Assembly (NCBI RefSeq): GCF_006345805.1
Contig: NW_021835770.1
Location: 1-53,603 of the forward strand
Length of the DNA stretch: 53,603 nt
Direction of reading: 5' to 3'
From: Octopus sinensis
Taxonomy: Eukaryota
In this document: positions 11,772 to 25,372 of the stretch, piece by piece
Layout of the letters: every line of letters starts with the position of its first letter
Numbering within the stretch: the stretch's first letter is position 1
The notes under the pieces: generated by a model
The model's input: the letters and a program-made list of their open reading frames with translations, nothing else
The model's database searches: none
Told to the model about the DNA's origin: nothing
Made by a program: the position numbers and the translations under genes

Positions 11772-12489
11772 AACAACAAACAAGATGAGGACAAGTATCC
11801 GTCAAATATAAATAATGGAAAGGAAGTTAGACATGCCTAACTAATTAATAAGTAGATTTATTCATTATAATATAGATTGTTAGTATAATTCTGTGACCTG
11901 TTCGTACTCTTGTGAAGTGTTCTCAGGTTACTTATGAAGTTTATAGTATACATCTTTTAGGTTTTTATTTCCGTCCGTAATTACGCTATAAAACGTTTAT
12001 TTCTTCAGCATGTGTTCAGATATTCGAATTGAGTTGTATATGAACACCTCTTGAATGTATGTGTATGTGCGTGTGTGTGTGTGCACGTGGTTGTGTATAT
12101 ATATGTGCTTACGTGTGTTATAGATAATACCGATTTAATGCTAAAAGTCTGCTCCATAACAGATATCTTAAAGAACAACTGCAGGTTGAGATCATAGAAA
12201 CTTTTTATGCAGTGAAGTGTTGAGGATTTTAAGAGGATTTTAGATAAAAGATTCTCCTTAAACCGAACGCAACCCAATTCTCCAACAAGTTTAAAGAATA
12301 CTTGAGACACGAAGCATTTTAAGTGCTGCTTGTATTCTCTGAACGTTCAACATGGAATTGGATATAAAGCCAAAATATCCGTTTACGGATTATCCATATA
12401 AAATTCAGTGCTATATTCCCAGCAGAGAATTAAGAGTATACACTTCTAATTCTCTCAACACAGAGATAAAGTATAGTCTAACTTTTATC

Positions 12490-12628
12490 TTTTATTTCAT
12501 GTTTCAGTCATTAGAGTACAGCCTGGTACTTTTTCCATCGGTCTCTTTTGCCAAACAGCTTAGTTACAGAGACTTAAACACACAAATACTGGTTGTTAAG
12601 GAGTGTAATGGAGGACAGACACAGACGC
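12490..12628 (-). mobile_element. SINE family B, 3' half
   Basis: atcggtctcttttgccaaacagcttagttac matches the family in reverse. Confidence 0.65.
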
Positions 12629-12951
12629 ATTTATTTATCTATTTCGCTATCCAGCCATCGCTCTCTCCTCCTCCTCTCAACCTCTCTCTCTTTCCCTTTC
12701 TCTCTTTCTCTCCCCCTCTCTCTCACTCTATCTGTATATATAGAATCAACAGGTTTTTGGAATGTGACGATACGCCATAAAGGATTTAGGGACGGAAAAC
12801 CTAAGTTAATCCCATAAACCGGCCTTCCCCAGATTTAAAATATATTGCTCTACATCTTACAGTGTGCATCTTCTTTCAGACTTATGCTTACTACAAACGA
12901 TATATATATATATATATATAATATATATATATATTATATATATACTTATAT

Positions 12952-13103
12952 GACGGCGAGTTTCTGTCGACGATTGTCTGTCGGCGTATTACTGTCTGTC
13001 GGCGAATTGTCTGTCAGCGAATCGTCTGTCGATGAATTGTCTCTCAGCGAATTGTCCGTCAGCGAATTGTCTGTAAGCGAATTGACTGTCGGCGAATTGT
13101 CTG
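12952..13103. repeat. 15-bp minisatellite, consensus TGTCGGCGAATTGTC, about 10 units
   Basis: direct reading. Confidence 0.9.
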
Positions 13104-13544
13104 CACAGAGTACGTTCTGTATATCGATATAATCTGTCCGATGTATTTCATTCCGAAATATTTTACATCTAAACTTGGCTGAATTCTCTTATCTCTGTTT
13201 CTATATATATATGATACTAGTGTTTCTAGTGTAGAGACTTGGAGAAACCGCATCATATCATCTAGATTTTATCTAAGTATTTACTAGTTCAAAGGATAAT
13301 GACTGTTTAAGATATCTACAGTAACAGTTATCGGCTACGCAGACCACACGATTGTGCTTTGCTCGGTCGAATTAAAACCGATCATATGCAAGATTTTTTC
13401 CTAATTTTTCTTGAGCCCTACGATTCATATGGCAAGTTACACAGATCCTACAAATTATACAAGAGATCAGGAACAACAACGCTCTCATTGCAGGGGGTCA
13501 TCAGAAGCAATTTTGTGGGGAAGACCAATCATTGATGTCGTTTG

Positions 13545-13690
13545 TATCACCCCCAGTGTTTGTCTGTTAATTTATTCAATCGACCCCTATAAAAGGCAAA
13601 ATCACCCTCGACCAGAGTTGAACTCGTAACGTAAATAACCGAAAGAAAGTGTAGTAAGCATTTAATCCAACTTGCTAACACTGTACTAGC
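13545..13690 (-). mobile_element. SINE family A, very diverged
   Basis: ccccagt...aatcgacccc...aaaggcaaa...ttgaactc. Confidence 0.5.
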
Positions 13691-14564
13691 CAGCCAGCCA
13701 ACCAGCTTCGTTGACATAGATACGGTTACTAAAAATAATATGTGCCACTCTGTGCGTGGAAAGACAACATCAACCGTGAATTAGTGACGCAGATGTTGAC
13801 GTCAATAACAAGCTTGTCTCTTTAGAAGAACCATTAAAAAAGAACTGATTACAACAAAGAATTAACAATTTCAGTGGGAGCAAGGTGACAGATGACACTG
13901 CAATTTGATACAACACCACTGACGTCGATGCGCTGGCAGCAAAGATGAGAATACAACATTTCTTGACGCAAATATGAAAGCTGCTTTCTTGGCGATGTTG
14001 TCGACGTTGACGTTGTGATATTTATGTTCCTATTAGGCGATTTAGCGGATCAAAGATCATCTGTGTGTTAAATGATCGTATCTTATCGTATGTCATCTTA
14101 AATGACCGGCACAAATGATATAGATAAAAACCACAATGGTTAATAATTGTTGTTTATTGTTGTGGAGACAGAAGAGGAAGAAAAAACATTGAAAACAAAC
14201 GAGCGATGAAAACTGACTGCTGACCTTCAATGTGTTGCAATTCTTATAGAAATATAAACACACACACACACCACACACACACACACACACATACACATAC
14301 ACACATAGACAGAGAGACACACGGACATGAGCCCGCGCACATATGATAAAAACGGATATAAAAGAAAAACATGTGTGTATATATATATATATATGTGTGT
14401 GTGTGTGGTGCGTGTGTGTGTGTGTGTGAATAAATCAATAGATGGATATGCATATGTATATCTATGTATGTTTTACAAATATATGCATATGAATATAAGT
14501 ATACACACACAGATATATATACATGTATATATACGTATATATATATATGTGTTTTACACACATG

Positions 14565-14623
<59 letters not shown>

Positions 14624-14819
14624 ATATATATATATATAGATATATGAATATACATTTGACATACAAATACAAATACGTAGATATATCAATATACATGTAA
14701 ATATATACTTATATATATATATATATACATATATACATATACATATGAATGTATATATATGCATATGCATATGTATATATACATATATATATATATATCT
14801 AATAATATATTATATAGTG

Positions 14820-14862
<43 letters not shown>

Positions 14863-15433
14863 CATATATACATACATACATATATATTATATATATTTTG
14901 GAATATGTTTACACGTATACAAATGTGTATGTATATTTGAATATGTTTATTATATATTCATGTATATATGAATGCACACACGCACACACGCACACTACAT
15001 ACATATATACACACATATATATATATATATTTATATTTATATATGTACACACACACAAACATATACGTTATATTTGTCGCTTCAATGTTCTCCCTGTTAA
15101 TGTTTACAAGCACGTGCGCACTTCACGCGCATAGACACCCATAGACACACACATTAATGACATGACAAAGAAAAATATATATACATATCTATAAATAAAA
15201 ATAAGGCCACTGATTGTGTGAATACAAAAAAAGCAAACATAAAATAAAAACAAGACAACTCATCACAAAACTAATTAGTGAAGATTTCTTGGTGGTGTTG
15301 ACAATATAACGTGTCTACAAAGAAGACTTGTAACCGAAAGAGGCTTCACTATACGCTAGGTGTTATATTTGTCTGAGTAGACAAACATATAACCCTATAC
15401 ACACACCCCACCCACACATACACACACACACAC

Positions 15434-15482
<49 letters not shown>

Positions 15483-16986
15483 GGTATACATGTATACATA
15501 CTTATATACAAATGTCTATATATATATATATATATATATATACTAGACGCATACATATATGTGTGTGCGTATGTATGTATATTTGTCGTATTTCGATTTA
15601 CATTCTGACACTTCTATATCTATCTAACTCTGCGCACGCGCGTGTGAGTATATCTCTGTGTGTGGGTGGGTGGGTTTGTGTGACTGTGTATGTGTGTGTG
15701 TGTGCGTCAGCCTCTGTCTGTGATTTCTAATGTAGAAAAGTCCACTGACATATGTAAGCATGGGTGTGTGCATGCACACACATGCACGCATACACACACA
15801 TATATTGGTACACACACACACACACACACAATATATATACTTATAGGTATGTATCTTAATATTGTCTCTCTCTTTACATATGTGCGTGAAGGAATGTGAT
15901 TGTGTCGATATTAAAACACAGTGTAGCTCTGGGTATATGTGCATTATTGCTCACGTGTGTGTGTATGTGTGTGTTCATGTGTGTGCACGCGTGTATGTGT
16001 GTGTGTAATGTTGTGTTGTGTTTATGTGTGTGCGTGTGTGTATGTGTTAATGTTCGTGTTTAACAGTGTGCGTATTTGCCTGTGTTTGTATTTGGCGAAA
16101 ATTTCGCAATGTAAAGATCGTAAATGAAGCTACAAAATTCACAAAATGCCTGAGGCCAACAGAGTTGGTCGATAGGAGTCGATAGAATTTTGAAGAAAGA
16201 AAACGAAAGAAAAACTAAGAAGTCCAAAGGAACTAAAACAATGTTACCATGAAATAAACAGACTAAAAAATAAATTTTAAACTAAACGCAACATCATGGA
16301 CAATCTCGACATCAGCCATATTGGTACGACTATACTATACTGATTATATGCGTGTGTATACATATATTATATATATATATATATATATAGATATATATAA
16401 GATGATGTATGTGTGTTTGTGTGTGAGTGTCTGTATCTGTGTGTATGTTGGTAGTGCATCAATATCTGACGCTGACAAAGTCTGTGTTCTCAGTAATGAG
16501 AGCGCTTGTAACCTTGCAGTCCAAAGCTGAAAGCACACAGGTGCCCACAAGTGCCCACAGGCTTACAACGAAAGTCTGTTGTCTAAATTCAGACGGTCAC
16601 TGCTCGCTAGATGGACCTTCACGCTGATCTGTGTGCGGCGAAGACTTGGAGTTTGCGCGGACTAATACCGCTCCATTTGCGGTGGTTTTTCAGGGCATAT
16701 AAGACACACAAATATATAAAGTGCACCCCAATTTTGGCAGGCTTAATGTACGAGAAAATAAGAACAAAGAAAACTGCTGCGAACTCCGAATCGCCTATTT
16801 AACGGATATAGGAAGAAAACCCAAATTTACAGATATAGGAAGTGTAGAAATTTAGACTGACGCACTTTGATAAGCAAATATGGAGGGCTACTTTTCGATA
16901 TTTACCTTAACACTACTAAATAAAATCAGAGGCCTCTACCGTAATCAGTATTATCCACCCCTAATAACAATAACCAAGCCTACCTA

Positions 16987-17017
<31 letters not shown>

Positions 17018-17253
17018 GATGCACACAAACAGACACACCCACAGAAATTCCGATCTCACTTCTAACAACACAATGTGACAATGCGACACGCCTTGAACAT
17101 TTTCCAGTGGCCATCTTGGACTCACCATTCGTAATCTGAGCATGAACGGTCAAGATTTCAGTAAGAATCCAGCGAAACTTTAAGTTGCTTGTAACCGAAG
17201 CAAAGGTTTTCACATACCTACATACTATACATAATTAACGTACACACACACAC

Positions 17254-17294
<41 letters not shown>

Positions 17295-17592
17295 CTATAT
17301 ATATATTATATATTATAGATATATATATATAATATATATTTCCGTGAAGTTAGAGGTTGGGAAGCCAACCAATTAAGGGTAATACCTATCCAATATACTG
17401 ATCTTTAAGAACTGATCTTTTAATGTTTTATACTCTTTTATGTATTACTGGTATATATTGTGTAGCACACAGTCTTTGTGTTGTTTATGTATTCTTATAA
17501 TATTCCCTTTTGTTTTGGAATATTAGACATAATAGACGCCTACCGGCGGATGTATTTCATTTTTGTATCCCGTCCATTTTCTTTTTGCCGTG

Positions 17593-17649
<57 letters not shown>

Positions 17650-17738
17650 GTGTGTGTGTGTGTTGTGTGTGTATGTGTGTGTGTGTGTGTGTGTGTGAGT
17701 GTATAAATATAATATGTGACTATTATTCGGTAGCCATG

Positions 17739-17797
17739 ATAAGACTCCGAGTTTCGGATGCCGGGGCGAGAACCCACGCCGGCATCTCTTCAGTTAT
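17739..17797 (-). ncRNA. Type I hammerhead ribozyme with intact core
   Basis: Reverse complement: ATAA-CTGAAGA-GATGCCGG-(14 nt)-CCGGCATC-C-GAAA-CTC-G-GAG-TC-TTAT; GUC cleavage triplet. Confidence 0.85.
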
Positions 17798-18513
17798 GGG
17801 GCCATCATAAAAGATGCTTTGAAAATGACCGTTAAACAAATAGAAATTACTTTGTGAATGACCGTTATTAAGACAAAAGAGCTATTACAATGACCGCTAA
17901 GTAAGGGGAAGGAGTAAAGGTAAGGGAGTAAAAATGTTATACTCCTTTACCTTCACTTAGAGGTCATTGAGCCAGTGTATGTGTTATTGGTATCGGCGTA
18001 ATAACCCACCCAAGGTGCACCAGAATTTCTTTCAACACACAAATTCACGTCAAGAGACTTGCAAACCAAATACAAAAGCTTCCATTATCTTTTCTCCTTA
18101 TTCACGAATCTTTTCAATGCTTTGCATTTCTTTGTTTCGTTTATCTTTAATAGTTTATCTTCCCTTCCTCGCATCTGCTTATCTCTAAGTTTCAATCTTT
18201 TATCTAAGATCTTCTAACTTTCTAACATTTTACCTTTCGATTCGTCCACCCGATTCTGCTTTCATCTGTACGCTTCTCTTCCACCATTATCGCTTCCTCA
18301 TCTTCGTTTCTTGAGAGGACCACGTTATCTTCCCGTTTTGAAGCTACCTATCGTATCTATACTGACGGTTGCCTTGGTCCGTTGCATTTCCGCAGTTCCA
18401 GCTTTCGTCTGAGATATGAAATTCAGCTCACTCTCCTACTTTGTCTTCGTCTAACGTTTGAAATCGTTTCTTTGAATTTTTCTCATATATATAAGGCGTG
18501 GCTGTGCGAAGGT

Positions 18514-18917
18514 GCAGGTGTAGCTGTGTGGTAAGAAGCCTGCTTTCCAACCACATGGTTCTGCGTTCAGTCCACCTGCGTGGCATCTTGAGCAAGTGTC
18601 TTCTACTAGAGCCTCTGGCCGACCAAAGCTTTGCGAGTGGATATGTTAGATGGAAACTGGAAAGACCCCGTCGTATATATATATATATATATATATGTAT
18701 ATGTATATGTGTGTGTGTGTGTCTTTGTGTCTGTGTTTGTCTCTCCACCATCGCTTGACAAATGATGTTGGTGTGTTTATGACCCCAAAACTTAGCGGTT
18801 CGTCAAAAGTGACCGATATAATAAGTACAAATCTTACAGGGGTCGATTTGTTCGACTTAACGCGGTGCCCCATCATGGCTGCAGTCAAATGAGTGAAACG
18901 TGTAATATGATAAAAGA
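18514..18917 (+). mobile_element. SINE family B, full length
   Basis: Head, internal (TA)n(TG)n and tail all present. Confidence 0.9.
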
Positions 18918-20499
18918 GTATATATTGTCTTTCTATATGTACTTTCCAAAGTCCGAAAGGACATCCCCTTTCCTACAAGTGTTAGTTTCGTACACATCTG
19001 TTAACTTTGTCGCATAGCCGAAGGGTTTTCTATGTATACAAATATCTCACTGTGTCGTTTATTATATGTATATATTCTTCTGTTGTCGTCCTTCCTTATT
19101 CATCTCTTTCCCTTTGTATACATATTTCCTGTTCTCTTCAGATCACGTTTTTCTCGTTATTATTCTGTTACTCTATGTCCGTTCATTTATCATCCAGCAG
19201 CTTCTGTTGTGGATACCATCAACTTTAACATTATCTTGTGTCAAAACTGTGGTGATATTTAGTCGATAATTGATAAGGAACGGAGCACGTTCACGTCCAT
19301 TGCGTGGCGGGTTTTTTATTTTTCCGGTTTGCCGTATATAAGGTTGTCGTTCACTTGTGCCACATTTGCTTATTACTGATGATAATAATAAAAGTCGACT
19401 TGAGAGTAAGAATGAGGATGTTTCATTGGAATTTCGACAGCGTCAACAATCTGCAGCCATACTGGGACACAGACTTGACCGATCTTTAGTCTGGACGAGG
19501 ACATAAAAAACAAGTGGTTGTCATGCGGTAGTCGCGGAGACAAACAGATACAAACACGCGCACACAAGACACACACTCGCATATAAACATGTGTGTGTAT
19601 ATATATATATATATATATGGATACATACATAGGCACATAAATATGCATACACACACATATACAAACACGCGCGCGCACACACATATATACACAAATATTC
19701 GACAGACCCCCACAGACTCCGCCCAATCAAATTAAATTCATTCACATGGTACTGGACGGCACAAGGCTATGGTGGGAGACCCTTGCCCAAAGAGCCCAGC
19801 AGAGACCTCCTTTACTGGGCTGATCACAGATTTTGCATAAGACACATGTCTGCTTGAAGAATTTCACGTTTTTTCACTATACACCCACACATATATACCC
19901 TCACATATACATACATACACTCGCCCACAAATTTCTACACACACACAAACAAACTCACACACAGACACACACACACACGCACACACACACAGACAAACAC
20001 ATACATACACATATATATATATATATATATATATAAGTGTATGTAGGTAGGTAGGTCGGTAGCTAGCTAAGTAGGTAGGTAGGTAGGTAGGTAGGTAGGT
20101 AGGTAGGTAGGTAGGTATGTAGGCGTATATCTACACGTTAGTGGAGACATAGTGGGCCGTGTATATGCGATTTATTACATGTTAAACTTCTTAAATGTTT
20201 TACATATCTCGACTGTGCCTTCTATACTTCATAATTATATATATATACATAATTATAGGTGTCTGGGTGTGCACGCGCGCGTGCGCGCGTGTGTGTGTGT
20301 GTTGGTACGAATGTGTGTAAATCAACAATGCGTTCAATATTATAGAATTCCAAGAGAATCAAAGACAATCCAATATGTCGCCGGTTCCACGAATATCAAA
20401 GCTGGAACTGAAATAGTCTCGAGGAGAGAAAATGGACGAAACCACTCGATTGGAATATTTCTATTTTCGTGTCTTTTACACATATTTCAATGTGTTTTT

Positions 20500-20795
20500 T
20501 TTTATCCATCAATATGCTCTTTATGTACGCATGTGTACACACGCATTACGCACGCACACACACAATCACACACATACACACATATTGATTTGAATGTGTA
20601 TGCGTGTAATTTTATTGCTCTCTTTCTCCCTTTCTCTCTCTCTCTCTCTCCGTATATATATATACATATATATATAATATATATGTATATACATCACATA
20701 CACAAATATATGCACACACATACATATACAAAAGTACCTGTGTTGTTTCCCGATGTGTACATATATACATATATATGTAAATATATGTACATATA

Positions 20796-20842
<47 letters not shown>

Positions 20843-20872
20843 ATATATTATTATATATATATATATAATATA

Positions 20873-20921
<49 letters not shown>

Positions 20922-21459
20922 TATATGTACATATGCACACACATACATCCATACGTACATAATCGATATAACTTAATGTGTTTACGATTTTTTTTTTACG
21001 GTGGTGTGTATGCATAGATCTATATAGGAGTATATGTTTGTATGTGTTTTTCTGTATGGATATCTCTACGTGTACGCATTTATGTTTATGCACACATGTG
21101 TGTGCGTGTGTAGAAATTTGTGAGCGAGTGTATGTATGTATGTATGTATGTATGTATATGAGTATATATATGTGTACCTGCGAGATGCATATGTGAGTGT
21201 CTTTTGGGTAGATATGTGCTGGTGTATCTGTGTAAGTACTCCTGCTTGTGGAGTTTTGTATGGATGTATGTGAATGTTTCTCTGTGTGTGTATGTGTGTG
21301 TGTTGATGTGTGTGTGTATGAGTGCGTGTGTCTGTACGTTTGTGTGTGTGTATGTGTGTATGTGTGGCTATGTTTCATTCGTTACTGACGCACAGTCATT
21401 GTTTTTATCGCCAGAAGCTGACGATAATAACCGGAACGGAACAAATTGCAGGATGACAA

Positions 21460-21550
<91 letters not shown>

Positions 21551-21695
21551 CATCAATACATACGTACATATAATACACATACATACATATACTACAGACA
21601 TATACATATGCATAAATGCATATACACACACACTCACACACACTAACATATATATCACCTACATACAAGCATATATACATACATACGTACATGTA

Positions 21696-21732
<37 letters not shown>

Positions 21733-22434
21733 ATATCTATTATATGTATACATATGTTACATATATTATATATGCATGTATATATATATATATGTATATA
21801 TATATGTTAACAGGAACACACAGGAATACACACATACCTACATACCCATACACTCACCCATAAATTTATCCACTCACACCCACGCACATGCATTCATATG
21901 AACACACACATACATACCCATACAAAGGTGTATAACGATAGATTCCTATTTCTTCATCAGCTAATCTGTACACACACATACATATGTAATCCCAACAACG
22001 CACAGACACGCACACCAGGCACATACACATATATACACATACACACATACATACATTCATGCATAAAATTACACACTAATATATCTATTCACACGCAGTC
22101 ACACCCACACATATACATGGTATACAGGTACATACACACATGCATACTTATATACATGCATTCATCCACAAATTTGCACACACTCACACGTTCACATGCT
22201 CCCCCCCCCACACACACGCATACACACATATAGGCATACTCATAGAAATACACACAAACATGCACATATATACATATAGACATTTACAAAGACACATATA
22301 CTAATATATATACTCATCACACAAACTCACATGTCTATATGTATGTATATGTATGTATGTGTATGTATGCATATATATATGTACATGCCTTAACACACAA
22401 ACACACACATATATATATACACATGCACCCCCAC

Positions 22435-22465
<31 letters not shown>

Positions 22466-22864
22466 ATTCATATACCCTCACACATACACACATATATTCA
22501 CATGCCCTCGCACACACACTTATACACATATATATTCACATGCACCCCATCACCACCATATATATATTCACATGTCCCCCATATATATATATATATATTC
22601 ATATACCCTCACACACACATGCTTATAAATATGCATCAAACATACATATATACACATGCACACACGTATTCTTAAATAATACACACACGTACACCCAAAT
22701 TATCACATGCTAATATACGCAACCACCAATAAGCACGTACATGCATACAGACAAATAATGCAGATACTCACAAACACTCTCACAAGACATACATGTATAT
22801 ACACACACACCTCACACATACACATCCTCTTTAAGAGTTTACCTGGCCATCCATACGGACCCGC

Positions 22865-22911
<47 letters not shown>

Positions 22912-23330
22912 ATATATATATTATATATACACATACATACATGCACAAAGACACACGCTTATACGCACTCACACATTTACACAGATGCACGCTTTAATAG
23001 ACATTTAATATTAGAACTGAGTTACACGTACGCATGCGCTCACGCACACCCACACGACATATATATATACATAAACAGAATTTATCGGTACACGATGTAT
23101 ATATATGTAGATATATCAATAGATGTATTTGATGTAAGCATTTGTGCGTATCTGTGTGTGTGTATATCTCTATATGTATGTTGTGTCTGTGCATGTATTT
23201 CTGTAAATGTTTATATACGATCGAACGTGTGTATGACTGTATCAATGCAATTTCGTGCTTTTGTGTGTGTGCGTGTGTGTGTGTGTGTGCATGTGCATGT
23301 ATTTGTAGTTATGAATGTGTTTATATAGAA
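20500..23330. repeat. Long degenerate TA/CA/TG low-complexity tract
   Basis: direct reading. Confidence 0.9.
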
Positions 23331-23589
23331 ATTGCATGTGGATCTGCATTGATTTGTGTTAATTTTCATACTTCAATATTTCATTTCGTTTCGTTTCCGA
23401 TTTTATCATTCGTTTTTGCAGCCACCAGCAAACGACAAAAGTGTGTCTCTAGTTTTATTATGTAGTTATGGATGTTAGCATTAGTTCTATTGTTGTTGTT
23501 GCTGCTGCTGTTATTGTTTCTTACAAATAATGCTCTTTATATTATCATAGATACATAGATACAGACATAGAAACGTACATACATATATA

Positions 23590-24117
23590 CTGGTGTTATC
23601 AAAAAGAAAACTACAACACAAATCGATTCGGCATTTAATCTCCTTCATAGTTGTCCCCTTCTGAAGCCTTATACTTTACGCAGCGTTGTTTCCATTGCTT
23701 GAAGCATTCCCGGAGCTACTTTTTGACGATAGCATGTAGCCACTGCTGCGTAGAATTCTCTTGCATTTCCGCGACTTCTTGAAATGTTGTTCGTTTCAGG
23801 CCTTGGTTTCGGGGTCATTTCCATGTACCCACGATTCGTCACCTTTTTTGACCGTTTCCAAAAAGCCTTCACCTTCCTCAGCCCTATCAAAGAGATCCTA
23901 CGCAGATGAAAAACCGATCTTCTTTTTGAGAGGATCGCACTCTACACACTTCACTTCCATACGCTGCTATAAGCAAACGAAACGAGGAAGAAAGTTATAA
24001 ATTTGTGAGCATGCGTGGTAGAGTCCAAGAGCAATCTGTACCATGCGATTTCTCTCTGCCTCCTTTAGCTGCCTTACTATAGCAAACACACCGATACCTT
24101 TTGATCAGACCCCGAAT
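23590..24117 (-). mobile_element. Internally deleted mariner transposon
   Basis: FLETVKKGDESWVHGNDPETK joined to ECFKQWKQRCVKYKASEGDNYEGD; degenerate TIRs (atcaaaa) in TA context. Confidence 0.75.
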
Positions 24118-24134
24118 ATATATATATATATTTC

Positions 24135-24340
24135 AATATGTGACCGCGTGTATATCATTAGCGATTTTGTTTTTCTGTCTTCCCTTCCTGGGACATTGCT
24201 TTTTCTTTTTCGGACGAAGACCTCCGCTCGAAACGTTAAATCCTTCTTCTTTCTTTCCGTTTCCTGAGCACCCAATAGCACTATACTGGTTCCACCACCT
24301 CGCGTTGTTGTGTTTTCTCTTTGTTCATGTTTGGATTAAC

Positions 24341-24341
<1 letters not shown>
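24135..24341 (+). mobile_element. Penelope-like terminal fragment with a decayed minimal hammerhead (24208-24240)
   Basis: TTT-CGGACGA-A-GACC-TCC-GCTC-GAAACGTT-AAA; homologous to 52717-52905; flanked by (TA)n. Confidence 0.65.
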
Positions 24342-24371
<30 letters not shown>

Positions 24372-24484
24372 TACATATATATGGTAAATATATATATATA
24401 CATACATGCATATATATATATATATATAGTAAATATGAATATATATATATGTGGTAAATATTTATATATATATATATATAAATA

Positions 24485-24650
24485 TTACTTGTTTCAATCA
24501 TTTGACGGCGGCCATGCTGGAGCACCACCATTAGTCGAACAATTCAATCGCAGGACTTATTCCATCGGTCCTAGTTTTTATTCTATCGAACTCTTTTGCC
24601 GAATCGGCCTGCGTACACACCAACATCGGTTGTCAAGCAATGTTGGGTGG

Positions 24651-24694
<44 letters not shown>

Positions 24695-24832
24695 TATTAT
24701 ATATATATATATACGGCGGGCTTCTTTCAGTTTCCTCTTTGGTCGGCCCGAGGATATAGTAGAAAACACTCGCCCAAGTTTCCACGCAGTGGGACTGAAC
24801 CCGGAACCATGTGGTTGGTAAGCAAGCTTCTT
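24485..24832 (-). mobile_element. SINE family B interrupted by a 3.6-kb insertion; head resumes at 28422-28458
   Basis: aagcaagcttctt duplicated at 24820-24832 and 28422-28434. Confidence 0.85.
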
Positions 24833-25372
24833 TATTTCATTACATTTGCCATGAAGGCAGTACATAAAGTAAAGTAGCTTTGCGGGCTGGACGAGGACAT
24901 TAATGAAATGAATGATAATGAAAGAAAGATTATAAGGATGGGAGAAGACAAAAAGCGCCCGCCGACTTCTGCTCCTCTGAAATATTGTTCTTCAAAACCA
25001 AACACAAAACGAGGTATTAAACCTCTTACAACTTTTACAACTTTTCAATTTTTGGACTTAACAGTCCATTACAAACAACAACATAGTTCAATAATTACTA
25101 TAAATATAATACAATACACAAAGCCCCTCCTCCCAGACCTGGCTTACACTTCCCTTAGGAATGCGCCAGCTCTAGATCGGGGCCCCTCAAGTCGTATCTA
25201 AACATGCCCTATCAAACGTAAAAAATACAATATCACTTCTCCCTTCCTCCTCTTTCCGGACCTCCAGTCAAATATCTAGCCGCCTGCAGAGCAGACCACG
25301 TTGACAGCCGGGGAGTTCAGAAAGAAAGCGAAGTGCCTATTATCCAATGTTTGTGTCACACAGTGCCACAAT

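Noticed and set aside
12952-13103. CRISPR-like array
   Set aside because: No spacers, no cas genes, eukaryotic context
16147-16180. Hairpin GGCCAAC/GTTGGTC after CTGA
   Set aside because: Hammerhead core incomplete and no helix I
17120-17220. Possible minus-strand exon ending at GTGAGT
   Set aside because: No polypyrimidine acceptor or recognisable protein
19330-19510. TATA-like box followed by short ORFs
   Set aside because: No homology; motif expected by chance
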